From positions 1 through 64,000 of IMG/VR virus record IMGVR_UViG_3300026484_000053: 64,000 nucleotides of DNA; one strand, 5' to 3'. The position numbers were made by a program, and so were the translations under genes. This DNA comes from a virus. The notes under the pieces are model-generated. The model was not told where the DNA came from. It saw nothing but the letters and a program-made list of their open reading frames with translations, and did no database searches. Of the stretch, positions 20,021-29,211 are shown one piece after another. The number at the start of each line of letters is the position of its first letter. Position 1 is the stretch's first letter.

Positions 20021-20405
20021 TAAGTAAAGACTGTTCGCAGTACTGAGTAATCTTTACGTATTGCTCTTCTGGCAGAATATCATAATATCTCTTCGCTAAC
20101 TTAATACTACATTTATAATACTTCATAATCATTTTAAGTTTGTTTTTATCTCTTATTATATCATGTAAAGTATTTTTAGGATAAGCTATTTTAGTGCTGC
20201 TAGAAGAATTTCTGATAAACTTATAACACGCACTTGTTGGTATATCAGGGTACAAATTTAAAAGATTAGCTAAGCTTATAGTACTTGGGTCAGAACTAAT
20301 AAATCTAATTAAAAAGAATTTATTGGTTCTTTTTAAATCTTCATCGCTAGGAGTAAATTCTTTTGATATACTTGATTTAATAATATCGTATGAAGTTCTT
20401 TTCAT
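20004..20405 (-). CDS. gp62-like clamp loader small subunit, paralog A (late promoter)
   Basis: FFLIRFISS...LANLLN...YKFI...MKYYKCSIKLAKRYYDIL resembles the gp62 pattern; TATAAATA on - at 20444-20451. Confidence 0.55.
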   Translation of the reverse strand: MKRTSYDIIKSSISKEFTPSDEDLKRTNKFFLIRFISSDPSTISLANLLNLYPDIPTSACYKFIRNSSSSTKIAYPKNTLHDIIRDKNKLKMIMKYYKCSIKLAKRYYDILPEEQYVKITQYCEQSLLIKDQV

Positions 20406-20443
20406 TAATCTTAGACCTTTAATTAGCTAATAAGCTTTATTAT

Positions 20444-20451
20444 TATTTATA
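20444..20451 (-). promoter_or_regulatory. T4-type late promoter TATAAATA
   Basis: Exact consensus about 40 nt upstream of the 20405 start. Confidence 0.6.
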
Positions 20452-20498
20452 CGTAGATTGTGTATTACGTTAAACGTGATAAGAATATTTAATAATAG

Positions 20499-20532
20499 TT
20501 TAATAATGCTTTAATCTAAAATATGTTATAAT
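20499..20532 (+). promoter_or_regulatory. early promoter
   Basis: TTTAA-N6-TTTAA...ATGTTATAAT. Confidence 0.75.
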
Positions 20533-20565
20533 ATTATAACATAAACACATTATAAAAGGAAATAC

Positions 20566-21048
20566 ATGGCTAAAGAAAATACTTTCTTCGACGTTTTAAC
20601 AAGCGTTATTAATAAAAAAGAAATGCCGCATAAAGATGTAAAAAAACATTTTAGTTCTTTTGCTGCGCAGAAGTGGCTGAGTTCTAATCCTATGGCAGCT
20701 TGGACTGCTAATAAAATAAACTCAGCAAGAGGGTCCTTTAACATACCTAATACTGCTGAGTACTTATTTTTAAAGAGTGCTATTAAACTACCTAAAACAA
20801 CATTCTTAAAGTTCGATAAAAAAACTGCTGCAGTAGACGCTATTGTAGAAGCTTTTGCGTCTAAGTACAATTGTAATTCTCAATTAGCTAGAACTTACAT
20901 TTGTCTAATTCCATTTAATCAATTTAAGCAAATATTAGATAGTGCGTCACTTTATAACGCCGATACAAGAGATCCAAAAATACTAAAGTTGAGATCTTAT
21001 ATGCATAATTTAAAAGACGTATATAATACCATAACAAGTAAAAGTTAG
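20566..21048 (+). CDS. gp62-like clamp loader small subunit, paralog B (early promoter)
   Basis: FFDVLTSVINKKE...FAAQKWLSSN...ANKIN...EYLFL...SKYNCNSQLARTYICLI. Confidence 0.6.
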   Translation: MAKENTFFDVLTSVINKKEMPHKDVKKHFSSFAAQKWLSSNPMAAWTANKINSARGSFNIPNTAEYLFLKSAIKLPKTTFLKFDKKTAAVDAIVEAFASKYNCNSQLARTYICLIPFNQFKQILDSASLYNADTRDPKILKLRSYMHNLKDVYNTITSKS

Positions 21049-21152
21049 CGTATATAATAGCATAACAAGCATAACAAGTAAAAGTTAGTAAAAATAAGAT
21101 AAAATATATTACGCTAGAAATACAAAACTACAAAGCACGAAGGAAAAATAAC

Positions 21153-22442
21153 ATGCCAACACCAACGGAACCACCTAAAATGATTAAATGCTCATTTTGC
21201 GGTACAGAAGAATCACAAGATAACCTAATTTTAGAAGGAGAAAACGCAAATATTTGTTCAGCCTGCTCGTTTCAGAGCAGCGCGATATTCAGCACTGAAG
21301 ATGAAGAGCCCAGCACTTCAGAACTTGAAATGTACGAATATATGAGACAGCAAGAGGTCCAACGTAATTACCCAAATGTATTAAATGCTATCGACGACAA
21401 TATATCATACGACGAATTAGAAGCACAAGAAGCGCAAGAATCGCAAGAATCGCAAGATGCGTATGAAGTTAAATTACCTATACATTTCAAACAAGAACTA
21501 GATACCCATGTTATAGGCCAAGAAACAGCTAAACAATCAATTTCAGTAGCACTTTACAACCATTCTCTTAGAATAGATGGTAAAAACATTAGAAAATCTA
21601 ACGTAATGATAAAAGGGCAATCTGGATCTGGTAAAACGCACATTATTAAGGTTGCTGCTAAATATATGAACGTGCCTTGCGTAATAACAAGCGCAACATC
21701 TCTAACTGCTTCTGGCTATGTAGGCGACGACGTAGAAACTATCCTAGAAGATCTTTACAAGAAAGCTGATAAAGATCTTAAATTAGCCCAGAATGGTATA
21801 GTTTTTATTGACGAAATTGATAAAATTGCTGCTTCAGGTGATGGAAAAGATGTTAATGGTAAATCTGTACAACAAGCTTTACTTACTATTATCGAAGGTA
21901 GTACATTAGATATTTACCCTGAAAAACTTAAGAAAGACGGTGGGAAACCAGTTAAATTCTGCACAGATAACGTGCTGTTTATTACAGGTGGAGCATTCGA
22001 AGGTTTCGACACTGAAGAAATAAAAGTAGGATTGCAAAAGCAACAATCAAGTTCAGATAAAATAAATTTAATGCAGAAGTTTATAGATTATGGTATGATT
22101 AGAGAGTTTGTAGGAAGATTTAACACGTTTATTTCTATGAAAGAATTAGAAGTAGAAGATTTAGTGCAAATTCTTACAGAACCTGAAAACAGTTTAATAG
22201 AACAATACAGAGAGTTTTTTAAAGAGTCAGGATGTGATTTAATGATTACTACTGCAGCATTAACGGAGATATCTAGGCAAGCACTTGATATGAAGACAGG
22301 AGCTAGAGGGTTGCACACAATTATGGAGCTTGTTTTAAGCGATTATATGTTTAATATTCAGGATCATGATTTTATCGAAATAGATTTTAGAGACGATGAA
22401 TTTGCTAATATTAAAGACGAGCTTGAAGCTCTAACAAATTAA
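21153..22442 (+). CDS. clpX: ClpX ATP-dependent protease ATPase subunit
   Basis: Zn-binding CSFCG...CSAC, GQSGSGKT, GYVGDDVE, FIDEIDKI, VQQALL, TGARGL. Confidence 0.93.
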   Translation: MPTPTEPPKMIKCSFCGTEESQDNLILEGENANICSACSFQSSAIFSTEDEEPSTSELEMYEYMRQQEVQRNYPNVLNAIDDNISYDELEAQEAQESQESQDAYEVKLPIHFKQELDTHVIGQETAKQSISVALYNHSLRIDGKNIRKSNVMIKGQSGSGKTHIIKVAAKYMNVPCVITSATSLTASGYVGDDVETILEDLYKKADKDLKLAQNGIVFIDEIDKIAASGDGKDVNGKSVQQALLTIIEGSTLDIYPEKLKKDGGKPVKFCTDNVLFITGGAFEGFDTEEIKVGLQKQQSSSDKINLMQKFIDYGMIREFVGRFNTFISMKELEVEDLVQILTEPENSLIEQYREFFKESGCDLMITTAALTEISRQALDMKTGARGLHTIMELVLSDYMFNIQDHDFIEIDFRDDEFANIKDELEALTN

Positions 22443-22452
22443 TGAGAAACAA

Positions 22453-22746
22453 ATGACAGAGCAAAACAATAAAGAAACTAAGTACGTTAAGTACGTTAAG
22501 TACGTTAAGTACAACTTAGGAGATAAACTATATTTTATGAAAGATAATAAGGTACAATGTGGTTTTGTCACAAAAGTCCAAGAGTGTGGTACTATGTCGT
22601 TTACTGACGTGTTTGGAGACATGAAAGAGAAAGTAGATTATAGAAAAACTGAGCTAACATTACAGAACGAGAATATGATAATTAGCTTGAGTTTAAATAT
22701 AGATGCAGTGTTTACGTCTAAGCAAGACTTATTAGATAGTTTATAA
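22453..22746 (+). CDS. hypothetical protein
   Basis: YVK x3 N-terminal stutter. Confidence 0.6.
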   Translation: MTEQNNKETKYVKYVKYVKYNLGDKLYFMKDNKVQCGFVTKVQECGTMSFTDVFGDMKEKVDYRKTELTLQNENMIISLSLNIDAVFTSKQDLLDSL

Positions 22747-22763
22747 CTAAGTTTAAACTACAG

Positions 22764-22832
22764 TATTAATTCCATATTTTAACATTAGTTTAATATTATT
22801 ATGTTATAATATACTATCTAAAAAATAAAGGT
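22764..22832 (+). repeat. 69-bp promoter/leader cassette identical to 5971-6039
   Basis: Direct comparison. Confidence 0.9.
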
Positions 22833-22837
22833 TCAAT

Positions 22838-23995
22838 ATGACAAACAGAAACAGAGAAATAAAGACTATTACGCTAAGAGAATTAGAATTAAAAGTTGCT
22901 TGTAAAGATGGAATGCTGTGGTTTAAAAACAATATAGGATCTCTAGATGTAGATAAATTAGATTCTACAAAAGACATTAAAGGTGATTATAATAATTACA
23001 TAGAGTGGCTTAGAGACAATTTTATACCTAAAGGTGCAAGTACCTATGATGATAGAGGCAATGAATTAACATTTAAAGATACAGATGGCGAAAGTTGGAC
23101 TAGCACATACGATGATAAAGGAAATCAATTAACATTTAAAAATTCAGATGGACGTAATTGGACTAAGACATATGATGATAAAGGCAATGAATTAACGTAC
23201 AAGGATTCAGATGGACGTAATTGGACTAAGACGTATGATGATAGAGGAAACGTATTAACATGCAAAAATTCAAATGGATACAGTTGGACTAAGACTTACG
23301 ATGATAAAGGAAATGAATTAACATTTAAAGATGCAGATGGATACTCTTGGACCAAGGCATACGATGATAACGGTAATCAATTAACATTTAAAGGTTCAAA
23401 TGGATACAGCTGGACTAAGACTTATGATGATAGAGGCAATGAATTAACATTTAAAGATTCATATGGCGAAAGTTGGACTAAGACTTATGATGATAAAGGA
23501 AACGTATTAACATGTAAAAATTCAAATGGATACAGTTGGAATAAGACATATGATGATAAAGGTAATGCATTAACATTTAAACATTCAGATGGACGTAATT
23601 GGACTAAGACTTATGATGATAAAGGAAACGTATTAACATTTAAAGATTCATATGGCGAAAGTTGGACTAAGACATACGATGATAACGGTAATCAATTAAC
23701 ATTTAAAGATTCAAGTGGATACTCTTGGACTAAGACTTATGATGATAGAGGCAATGAATTAACGTTTAAAGATTCAGATGGACGTAATTGGACTAAGACA
23801 TATGATAATAAAGGCAATGAATTAACATTTAAAGGTTCAAGTGGATACTCTTGGACTAAGACATACGATGATAACGGTAATCAATTAACGTTTAAAGATT
23901 CAAATGGATACAGTTGGACTAGAACTTACAAGACAACAGATAAAGAATTTATACAGACTTTTAATGGAGAAGTAGAAGTCTGTATTGTATTTTAA
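22838..23995 (+). CDS. 21-aa repeat protein copy 3 (14 repeats)
   Basis: 69 + 14x21 + 22 aa. Confidence 0.9.
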   Translation: MTNRNREIKTITLRELELKVACKDGMLWFKNNIGSLDVDKLDSTKDIKGDYNNYIEWLRDNFIPKGASTYDDRGNELTFKDTDGESWTSTYDDKGNQLTFKNSDGRNWTKTYDDKGNELTYKDSDGRNWTKTYDDRGNVLTCKNSNGYSWTKTYDDKGNELTFKDADGYSWTKAYDDNGNQLTFKGSNGYSWTKTYDDRGNELTFKDSYGESWTKTYDDKGNVLTCKNSNGYSWNKTYDDKGNALTFKHSDGRNWTKTYDDKGNVLTFKDSYGESWTKTYDDNGNQLTFKDSSGYSWTKTYDDRGNELTFKDSDGRNWTKTYDNKGNELTFKGSSGYSWTKTYDDNGNQLTFKDSNGYSWTRTYKTTDKEFIQTFNGEVEVCIVF

Positions 23996-24902
23996 AGGAA
24001 TAATAATGCATGAAAAATATAAAGAATTAATAAACTCAGCCAAAGAAGAGTATTATAGTAATAAAGGTGAATATCCTGTAGAACCTCCTCAATCATGGAA
24101 TTCTATGGACGTTCAAGAATGGCTTTATACTGCACCTGCAATCACCTGGACTAAGCTAGGTTGCATAATAAGAGACTTAATAGAACTAGAAGATCATGGA
24201 CTTACTAAAGAATACGACTTTGAATCTGAAGCAGGAGAAAAGTACAGAATGAAACACGTTATCGCTAACGTTAGAATACAAAACGCACTAATGCAGTCAG
24301 ATCCAGCTACTTGGGAAGTTATAGATATACTTAAGACATTTGACAAGGATTCTTATATAGTAGGTGGATTTATTAGGGACAATGTAACACAACAAGTATC
24401 TAACGATGTTGACTTCTGTACTGAAGTGCTTTATTCTGATATGATAGACGCTTTCAAAGACAGAGGTTTTCACGTTAAAGAAGCAGGTAAACAATTTCTT
24501 GTACTTAACGTACAAAAGAATGGAGTTAACTTCGAGATTGCTCAGCTAAGAAGTGACAGAGATAATAAAGGTGCTGTTCAAGGTACTATATACGAAGATG
24601 CCAAACGTCGTGACTTTACTAATAGCGCTCTGTATTATAATCTTAAAACTAAGTCTATTATAGACCCTAATGGCGACGCATTAAATGCTTGTTTAGACAA
24701 CGAATTAAAGTACATTGGAGAAGCAAGTCATAGATTAAACGAGGATCCGTTAAGAGCTATAAGATTTTATAAGTTTATTAAAAGAGGCTGGATTCCTAAT
24801 AATAAAAGTCTTAGAAGTACAAGAACAATGTGGGATCAATGCATTAATAAAGTAAACCCTGGCAGACTGCTTGTAGAAGTAGAAAGAATGGCCGGACTAT
24901 AA
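23985..24902 (+). CDS. tRNA nucleotidyltransferase/poly(A) polymerase family (start probably 24007)
   Basis: YIVGGFIRD, DVDF, DAKRRDFT, EDPLRAIRF. Confidence 0.88.
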   Translation: MYFKGIIMHEKYKELINSAKEEYYSNKGEYPVEPPQSWNSMDVQEWLYTAPAITWTKLGCIIRDLIELEDHGLTKEYDFESEAGEKYRMKHVIANVRIQNALMQSDPATWEVIDILKTFDKDSYIVGGFIRDNVTQQVSNDVDFCTEVLYSDMIDAFKDRGFHVKEAGKQFLVLNVQKNGVNFEIAQLRSDRDNKGAVQGTIYEDAKRRDFTNSALYYNLKTKSIIDPNGDALNACLDNELKYIGEASHRLNEDPLRAIRFYKFIKRGWIPNNKSLRSTRTMWDQCINKVNPGRLLVEVERMAGL

Positions 24903-24928
24903 ACATAAAGGACAATAAAGGACAATAA

Positions 24929-25264
24929 ATGGCAATACGTAAAAAATATAAAAATATAAAAAGAATAGCTAAGTATTTTATAGATACAGAGCACTTTCCA
25001 GAGACGTTTAATGAAAGATGCTTACATAACTTGTTAGAGCAATACGGAGCCAAAGTAAAGAGCTTATCCTCTTACCATGCAGACTTATGTAATAACGCTG
25101 CTAAAATGCAAGAAATTGAAAATTTGAGTGACAACGAATTAAGACATTCGATATACGCTCTTGTGCAAAATATTCTTACAGCAGCCCAATTCGACGTAGA
25201 AACTAAAGAAGAAGAGCAGTTAATTAAAATGATGAAGAAATTAGATTATGAGATTACATTTTAG
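24929..25264 (+). CDS. hypothetical protein
   Basis: AAAGGA RBS. Confidence 0.6.
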   Translation: MAIRKKYKNIKRIAKYFIDTEHFPETFNERCLHNLLEQYGAKVKSLSSYHADLCNNAAKMQEIENLSDNELRHSIYALVQNILTAAQFDVETKEEEQLIKMMKKLDYEITF

Positions 25265-25359
25265 CACATTTTAACGCATTTTAACGCATTTTAACACATT
25301 GTGCTTAAATTAGCATAACTTAAATATAATACACTATAAAACAAACAAAAAGGAAAAAT

Positions 25360-25812
25360 ATGACAGAAAATAAAGAGATTAAAGAGATTAAAGAGATTAA
25401 AGAAATTAAAGAATTTCAACAAGTAAGACAATGGGCTGCAATCAGAGGTATATCAGGAGCTGAAGAACAGGTGCAATATCAGAGATTCCTTCAAGAGGCA
25501 ATTGAGATACATGAAGCTATGATTGTAGATGACCAAGAAGAATTTATTGATGCTATCGGCGACACAATAGTTACTCTTATTAACTTAGCTAACACTAGAG
25601 GTGCTAAAGCAGAAGATTGTTTAGAAGCAGCTTTTGGAGTTATTAAGCTTAGAAAAGGAATTACTACTGATAAAGGCGACTTTGTAAGATACGCTAAGTT
25701 ACCTACTGACGCTGATAGAGAATGGTGTGACGTTAATCAAGGAAATGCAAATAATCAATACTTTGAAGAATCTCAATTAGACGTTCTTACAAATGTTAAC
25801 TTTAAAAGATAG
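25360..25812 (+). CDS. MazG-like nucleoside triphosphate pyrophosphohydrolase (candidate dCTPase)
   Basis: LQEAIEIHEA...DAIGDTIVTL all-alpha NTP-PPase acidic motifs; substrate inferred from context only. Confidence 0.75.
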   Translation: MTENKEIKEIKEIKEIKEFQQVRQWAAIRGISGAEEQVQYQRFLQEAIEIHEAMIVDDQEEFIDAIGDTIVTLINLANTRGAKAEDCLEAAFGVIKLRKGITTDKGDFVRYAKLPTDADREWCDVNQGNANNQYFEESQLDVLTNVNFKR

Positions 25813-25815
25813 ATC

Positions 25816-26133
25816 ATGAGAAGAAGATTTTTAGTTCTTACTGCAGCTGTTATGGCTGCAGTAGCTGCTCCAGTATTAAATGCTGAAGTTAATCTTAACA
25901 CTTGCAAAGGTTGCCATGGTGAGAATTTTGAAAAAGCTGCTCTTGGTAAATCTAAGCTTGTTTTTAATATGAGTAAAGAGCAAGTATCAGAAGCACTGAT
26001 TGGTTATAAAAGAGGCACTTATGGTGGCACAATGAAAGGTGTTATGCTTGGACAAGTATCATATTACTCTATAGAAGACCTTAATAGCACTGGATTAGGT
26101 ATTAATTACGATGTTAATGCTACTTGCGATTAA
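25816..26133 (+). CDS. cytochrome c553-like periplasmic monoheme cytochrome
   Basis: Signal peptide, CKGCH heme motif, EKAALGKSK and GYKRGTYGGTMKGVM typical of the Campylobacterota c553 family. Confidence 0.85.
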   Translation: MRRRFLVLTAAVMAAVAAPVLNAEVNLNTCKGCHGENFEKAALGKSKLVFNMSKEQVSEALIGYKRGTYGGTMKGVMLGQVSYYSIEDLNSTGLGINYDVNATCD

Positions 26134-26346
26134 GTAATAACAAGATATAATATGCTATGACATAAGGTGCACAACATGGACAACATGGACAACATGCACC
26201 TTATAATAAATACGGTAAACTGCACAACATAGACCGAATACATTAAAGTCTCTAAAATAATAATGAAAGTACAGTGAATAAAAAGATAATTACAATTAAG
26301 AAAGAAAATTAAAGTAATATCCAGATATATCGGAATATCGCGAAAG

Positions 26347-27447
26347 TTGCAAAAATGCACGAGCGAATACGTAGAAATACGTCGAAACAAGGAAACAAAC
26401 ATGACAGAATTAAATTTTGAATCAGGAGCTATGGACTGGAATAGACTAGAAAACAACCTAGGCGAAGCAGCAAAAATTGGTAAAAAGAAATCGTATAAAG
26501 ATGATAGAATTTGGAAATTATCAAGAGACGAGAACGATAATGGCGGCGCACTAATTAGATTACTTCCAGATTCAGAAGGCGTACCATACATACAAATGTT
26601 TACAAACACAGTTATTGGCTTTAATGCTGCTACTAAAAAGAAAACTTACTACATTGAAAACTCGCCTGCTACAATCGACTTACCTTGCCCAAGTGCAAAT
26701 ATGTGGCAAGCTCTAATGGATTTAGGTACTGAAGAAGGTGCAGAAGCAGCTAAGCTATTTAAAAGAAAAACTTCTTACATTACTAACATTAAAGTTCTTA
26801 AAGATCCAAATGGAGATCAAGCTTCTGAAGGTAAAATTAAAATGTGGTGGTTTGGTAAGAAACTATTAGAGAAATTTGTTGCAGCACTTGATCCATCTGA
26901 TTCAGATATCCAAATGGGTGAAACACCTAAGCAATTATTTAATCCTTTAACTGGTAACTCTATTAAACTTAAAATTTCAAAAGCAGCTGGTGGATTCTTA
27001 AATTACGATAGTACAACTATTGCAGATGCAAGTTCAATTTATCCTGATGGAGAAGCAGCAAAAAAAGATATTATAGAAAACTCTTATAAGTTAAATGACA
27101 TGTTAAAAGTTGAAAATTTCGAATCTTTTGAATCTTTACAATCTAAATTATGGAGAACAATGGAAAACCATACAGTTAAAGGTATCGATCCTGTTGTGTT
27201 TAAATCTTTACTTGCTAAAGTATGTGGTAAAGATTTAGGTAATACAGCTGTTGTAAGTGCAGGTGTTGCAAGTGCATCAGTTGCTGCTGCAGTAGAACAA
27301 GATATTGACGAAATTGAAGCTGCTGTTCAAGCTGTAGAAGCTGCACCAGTTCAAGGTGCAGCAGTTCAAGCTGCACCAGTTCAAGCTGCACCAGTTCAAG
27401 CTGCACCAGCAGTAGATGACGGTTTAGGTTTCCTGGATGACCTGTAA
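26347..27447 (+). CDS. gp32: gp32-like single-stranded DNA-binding protein (start probably 26401)
   Basis: DDRIWKL..DENDNGGALIRLLP, YYIENSP, LFNPLTG.SIKLKI, NYDS, acidic tail FLDDL. Confidence 0.9.
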   Translation: MQKCTSEYVEIRRNKETNMTELNFESGAMDWNRLENNLGEAAKIGKKKSYKDDRIWKLSRDENDNGGALIRLLPDSEGVPYIQMFTNTVIGFNAATKKKTYYIENSPATIDLPCPSANMWQALMDLGTEEGAEAAKLFKRKTSYITNIKVLKDPNGDQASEGKIKMWWFGKKLLEKFVAALDPSDSDIQMGETPKQLFNPLTGNSIKLKISKAAGGFLNYDSTTIADASSIYPDGEAAKKDIIENSYKLNDMLKVENFESFESLQSKLWRTMENHTVKGIDPVVFKSLLAKVCGKDLGNTAVVSAGVASASVAAAVEQDIDEIEAAVQAVEAAPVQGAAVQAAPVQAAPVQAAPAVDDGLGFLDDL

Positions 27448-27456
27448 CATGATTTA

Positions 27457-27482
27457 AATACAGGGATTTAAATCCCTGTATT
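27457..27482 (+). terminator. 26-bp perfect palindrome after gp32
   Basis: AATACAGGGATTTAAATCCCTGTATT. Confidence 0.55.
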
Positions 27483-27504
27483 ACAAGCTAACGTATGTTA
27501 GTGT

Positions 27505-28749
27505 ATGTTAGTGTATGTAACATACGTTATATGCCCTATATGCCCTATATGGCCTATATGCGTTACATTTAAAGAAACAAAAAGGAAATACATGCGCAAT
27601 ACGTGCAATAATCAAAAGAAAAAACTCACAATTGTGGATTTTGCTCATATGAGTAGCAGAAATCTACACTCGGTAGTATCTCAAATACCGATGAATAAAA
27701 CTAACGGTAAATACGAGACGAATGAATTTATACAACTATATGTTCATCAAATGCTTACGTCACTTAAAAGTGTTAAGCGTAAATTTCAAGGTGAAATAAT
27801 ATTAGCTATGGAAGGTTCTAGAAACTGGAGAAAAGATTACTACAGCGGCTATAAAGGTTTAAGAAATAAAGCAAGAGATGAATCTCCTATTAATTACGAG
27901 ACGTTTTATGCTTGTGTAGAAGAGTTTAAAGAAGCACTTAAGTCATTTCCATTTTACCAGGTAACTGTAGATAGAGCAGAAGCAGATGATATAGCTGGTG
28001 TTGTTGCTAAGAATTTACATAAAGACTATAAGATAACATTAGTTAGTTCTGATAAAGATTGGCGTCAATGCACGCAATATGAAGATGTTCAGCAATGGGA
28101 CCCTATTAAGAAAATAATGGTTAATTTAAACGCTGAAGAAAGAGTAGTTATTAACTCTAAAAGCGGTTCTATGTGTACATTTACTGCTAAGCATACTCTT
28201 TTAGGCGATGCTGGAGACGGCGTTCCTAAATTTTGTTCTGATACAGAGTTTTCTCCTGTTTTTCTAGCATATATGCTAGAAAATGGAATACAAAAAATGA
28301 GCCCGTATGAATTTCATAAGTTAGAAACATCAGCTGTTTTAATAGAGGCTTTTAATGTTTACAAGAAATTTATTTCAGGTAAAAGAAAAGGTCAAGATAC
28401 AGAAGTAAAAGATATCTATAAGAATACTCAATTTGGTACTGTTAAAGTGCAAAAAGCGTTAGATCACTTAACAGACAACACTGTATTAAGTACGCCGCAT
28501 CTTACAGAGCAATTTGAGAGAAATAATGTACTTGTTGATTTTAATAGAATTCCTGAAGACGTAGTTAAAAGCGTTTTACATGAATTTGAAAATAAAAGTA
28601 ACGAATACGATCCTGAAAAGATAAAAGAATATCTAACAGAAATGAATCTTAGACAATTACTTCTTAGTATGGATGGTTTCTTAGATGGTGACTTTGAATT
28701 TAAACAAAGAGAGTTAGTAGCTCAAAAATCTTTAGATGAGTGGTTTTAG
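27505..28749 (+). CDS. rnh: T4 RNase H-like 5'-3' exonuclease (start probably 27592)
   Basis: IVDFAH, WRKDYYSGYKGLR, AEADDIAG, VSSDKDW.Q, GDAGDGVP. Confidence 0.88.
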   Translation: MLVYVTYVICPICPIWPICVTFKETKRKYMRNTCNNQKKKLTIVDFAHMSSRNLHSVVSQIPMNKTNGKYETNEFIQLYVHQMLTSLKSVKRKFQGEIILAMEGSRNWRKDYYSGYKGLRNKARDESPINYETFYACVEEFKEALKSFPFYQVTVDRAEADDIAGVVAKNLHKDYKITLVSSDKDWRQCTQYEDVQQWDPIKKIMVNLNAEERVVINSKSGSMCTFTAKHTLLGDAGDGVPKFCSDTEFSPVFLAYMLENGIQKMSPYEFHKLETSAVLIEAFNVYKKFISGKRKGQDTEVKDIYKNTQFGTVKVQKALDHLTDNTVLSTPHLTEQFERNNVLVDFNRIPEDVVKSVLHEFENKSNEYDPEKIKEYLTEMNLRQLLLSMDGFLDGDFEFKQRELVAQKSLDEWF

Positions 28750-28787
28750 CGCGCTTACGATCTTATGAGCTTTATGATCTTACGATC

Positions 28788-29069
28788 TTATGAGCTTAAA
28801 ACTATTCTACTGAAACTGTACTTTTTCCACTGATCTGATTTCTCAGATGTAATTCTTATAAACGCACTAAGTCTATCTTGGTGCCTGTAAGAATTTATCC
28901 TTTTAACAGACGTCTCGTCTAAAAAATCTTGTACTTTAACTTTCCTGTCGCCTAAAATTTTTAAACTATTAAGTATAATTGTGCAAGATTCTTCTTTAGT
29001 ATGTTTTTTCAATAGCATATTATATGTTTCTTGCATTAATGGGTGTTCTATTTTATTTAGTTCTTTCAT
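28788..29069 (-). CDS. hypothetical protein
   Basis: AATAAATA late-type promoter on - at 29075-29082. Confidence 0.55.
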   Translation of the reverse strand: MKELNKIEHPLMQETYNMLLKKHTKEESCTIILNSLKILGDRKVKVQDFLDETSVKRINSYRHQDRLSAFIRITSEKSDQWKKYSFSRIVLSS

Positions 29070-29141
29070 GTAGTTATTTATTTAAATCATACATTAAGCT
29101 ATATATTAGTATGTTAGTATGTTAGTATGTTAGTATTAATT

Positions 29142-29174
29142 TTTAATGCTACTTTAATATTAATATGTTATAAT
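29142..29174 (+). promoter_or_regulatory. early promoter
   Basis: TTTAA-N6-TTTAA...ATGTTATAAT. Confidence 0.75.
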
Positions 29175-29211
29175 ATTATTAGAAGTAACATCTAAAAAAT
29201 AAAGGTTCAAT

